64,000 bases of DNA, taken from positions 74,214,001 to 74,278,000 of the forward strand of contig NC_086374.1 of assembly GCF_036588685.1 (NCBI RefSeq), read 5' to 3'. Source of the stretch: Mytilus trossulus (taxonomy: Eukaryota). Position 1 is the first letter of the stretch, and the number at the start of each line of letters is the position of its first letter. The notes beneath the pieces are model-generated. The model saw only the letters and a list, made by a program, of their open reading frames with translations. It was not told where the DNA came from and made no database searches. Of the stretch, positions 63,901 to 64,000 are shown one piece after another. The translations under genes and the position numbers were made by a program.

Positions 63901-63973
63901 GGAGTATGACGCCAATGACTGGCAGAATATTGTTGATGATGTCAGAGGAATGGTTGTCACATACCCTGGAATG
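36876..63973 (+). CDS. DROSHA: Drosha (ribonuclease 3), 5' part; 13 coding exons, about 761 aa; gene continues past the window end
   Basis: Exons with GT-AG boundaries and consistent phases translate to recognisable Drosha motifs: PAWLRCSPSDLYF, KRMRDLEDRFENE, KKKHPYRLHEELWYNDPGEMNAGPLCRCS, GIRHNKYPGEE, KLYHYKINMSPPTNFL, IIDYDNHEYIFEGYSLFSH, CKVIRFNIEY, LFTEILELVD, YHLMPRFARSLPENGKEILSM. Confidence 0.96.
36982..37050. mobile_element. 69-bp micro-MITE with 14-bp TIRs and 8-bp TSD (hAT/P-like)
   Basis: CACAGGCACTTGTT...AACAAGTGCCTGTG flanked by ACTATTTA on both sides. Confidence 0.8.
37137..37282. mobile_element. Small MITE
   Basis: CAGTCTTCAC...GTGAAGACTG TIRs; no clear TSD. Confidence 0.5.
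37418..39552. mobile_element. MULE-like non-autonomous element with ~110-bp repetitive TIRs, in DROSHA intron 1
   Basis: Left GCACCCAAAGTCCGTTCGCACCCTACACGTTCCC is the inverse of right GGGAACGTGTAGAGTGCAAACGGACTTTGGGTGC; TSD not resolved. Confidence 0.65.
38521..38644. repeat. Near-perfect hairpin, 42-bp stem with 2 mismatches and 40-nt loop
   Basis: 38521-38562 pairs with 38603-38644. Confidence 0.9.
40904..41245 (+). CDS. DROSHA: DROSHA exon 2 (Q/G/A/N-rich low complexity)
   Basis: gatttcag| acceptor (alternative in-frame CAG 6 nt downstream), open frame FQASTPQAFNQQQQL...GVGMQ, donor CAG|GTATG. Confidence 0.85.
41581..42143 (+). CDS. DROSHA: DROSHA exon 3 (G/Q-rich, then RD/RS-rich)
   Basis: tttgcag| acceptor in phase 0, AG|GTAAAT donor in phase 2; corresponds to ORF 41575-42147. 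Confidence 0.88.
42543..42731 (+). CDS. DROSHA: DROSHA exon 4 (RD/RS-rich)
   Basis: tttacag| phase 2; GDKRKPFRDRKDIDRRS...DNAS; AG|GTTTG donor in phase 2. Confidence 0.85.
43247..43436 (+). CDS. DROSHA: DROSHA exon 5
   Basis: ttttatag| phase 2; ends EEEIPAWLRCSPSDLYFTRDNK|GTAGGT in phase 0; conserved Drosha W-x-R-C motif. Confidence 0.9.
45253..45936 (+). CDS. Intronic SGNH/GDSL-hydrolase-fold protein with degenerate catalytic motifs; candidate alternative terminal exon of DROSHA or nested gene
   Basis: Longest ORF in the window (227 aa), globular composition. SGNH-like block order: LIYACLGGR (block I, no Ser), PGA (II), VYFIAGIPD (III), VVFSTI, LDGLNP (block V, DGxHP with H>N). Directly preceded by ttattgttttAG. 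Confidence 0.72.
   Translation: MIKDTTLIYACLGGRDLHVGLDCDEFHLVPGAIVSQLTVEAAQRAVQIPGHKTVYFIAGIPDLLTTLTSPGYEETIFEDQNLFDTFYGQMRQTELALKLHNCHVVFSTISSMSLREYNKNNKKMGKTYTLRFEKDYPEMQENLHRLLKQINSTITAINTRQKLLTPFIHSHVNKWSTEKNKTVYRLNKLLDGLNPCGTIVDGWRITINKTILKNKIMMSKPDFNWKT
50778..50875. repeat. Perfect 49-bp tandem duplication
   Basis: TTCACTGATAACATGAGTTATAAGTATGTCTTGATGCCTAAATTCACTC x2. Confidence 0.92.
52429..52597 (+). CDS. DROSHA: DROSHA exon 6
   Basis: tatttcag| phase 0; TGCLRATKRMRDLEDRFENEVILRAERIRDSQP...; G|GTATAT phase 1. Confidence 0.9.
53051..53387. mobile_element. PIF/Harbinger-like MITE
   Basis: Imperfect TIRs TGCCTCGTTCACAC / GTGTGAACTCAGCA, with TTA duplicated on both sides. Confidence 0.65.
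53613..54408 (+). mobile_element. Non-autonomous Mutator-like (MULE) element with a decayed FLYWCH-like fragment
   Basis: TIRs made of CATTTGCGCC / GGCGCAAATG repeats; 8-bp direct repeat CTTCAGTT on both sides; internal GVNSLINEGHTY...ISFKCT...EHKHVAD fragments. Confidence 0.75.
54497..54639 (+). CDS. DROSHA: DROSHA exon 7 (acidic tract plus KKKHPYRLHEELWYNDPGE)
   Basis: tgatag| phase 1; GAG|GTAAGC donor; hallmark Drosha motif. Confidence 0.95.
54875..55928 (+). mobile_element. Helentron-associated (HINE/DINE-like) non-autonomous element
   Basis: 5' TTTTTAGCTCACCT with hairpin, (GTC)n microsatellite, internally duplicated core, 3' AGGTGAG subterminal IR plus AGGCTCTTGAGAGCCT hairpin, T-rich flanks. 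Confidence 0.75.
56065..59061 (+). repeat. 58-bp tandem array (~52 copies) derived from the DROSHA exon 7 / intron 7 junction
   Basis: Unit TACAGACTCCATGAAGAGTTATGGTACAATGATCCAGGAGAG-GTAAGCAAATTAACTA matches 54598-54655 almost exactly. Confidence 0.98.
59355..59435 (+). CDS. DROSHA: DROSHA exon 8 (MNAGPLCRCS...YPGEE)
   Basis: ttttcag| and GAG|GTAAG; CxC and GIRH motifs of the central domain. Confidence 0.95.
59454..59658. mobile_element. Tc1/mariner-like MITE (TA TSD)
   Basis: TA-CTGTGGATTCATT...AATGAATTCACAG-TA. Confidence 0.7.
60101..60187 (+). CDS. DROSHA: DROSHA exon 9
   Basis: tttcag|AISACDPESNNSNKLYHYKINMSPPTNFL|GTAAGT. Confidence 0.95.
60623..60709 (+). CDS. DROSHA: DROSHA exon 10
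   Basis: ttttcag|TKCPSIIDYDNHEYIFEGYSLFSHSKLEN|GTAAGT. Confidence 0.95.
61566..61637 (+). CDS. DROSHA: DROSHA exon 11
   Basis: ttgtag|IPVCKVIRFNIEYSIQIVEQELLQ|GTTTGA. Confidence 0.93.
62371..62518 (+). CDS. DROSHA: DROSHA exon 12
   Basis: ttttcag|NFTVRSLDLFCKFLFTEILELVDIDW...YHLMPRFARSLP G|GTAAAT. Confidence 0.95.
63804..63973 (+). CDS. DROSHA: DROSHA exon 13
   Basis: ttttgtag| phase 1; NGKEILSMNEVLNYLL...GMVVTYPGM|GTTGG. Confidence 0.92.
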
Positions 63974-64000
63974 GTTGGTTATTTCTAAATACAAAAGTCC

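Overview
AT-rich, intron-rich animal genomic DNA. The repeat families look bivalve (Mytilus-like); this is inference. The right half carries the 5' part of a + strand DROSHA (Microprocessor RNase III) gene. I can join 13 coding exons in frame from a probable ATG at 36876 to 63973 (about 761 aa: Q/G/N-rich and RD/RS-rich N-terminus plus the start of the central domain; the RNase III domains lie beyond the window). Three unusual structures sit in or next to DROSHA. (1) An intact 227-codon ORF in intron 5 with a catalytically degenerate SGNH/GDSL-fold signature, starting exactly at a phase-0 splice acceptor, so it could be an alternative terminal exon fused to the 442-aa Drosha N-terminus. (2) A ~52-copy, 58-bp tandem array in intron 7 made of DROSHA's own exon 7 end plus its 5' splice site. 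(3) A 3.7-kb fold-back element with ~1.65-kb arms and a 6-bp flanking duplication, ending ~190 bp upstream of the putative promoter. The left ~32 kb has no confidently identifiable gene: minisatellites, MITEs, Helentron-like and SINE-like repeats and transposase fragments.
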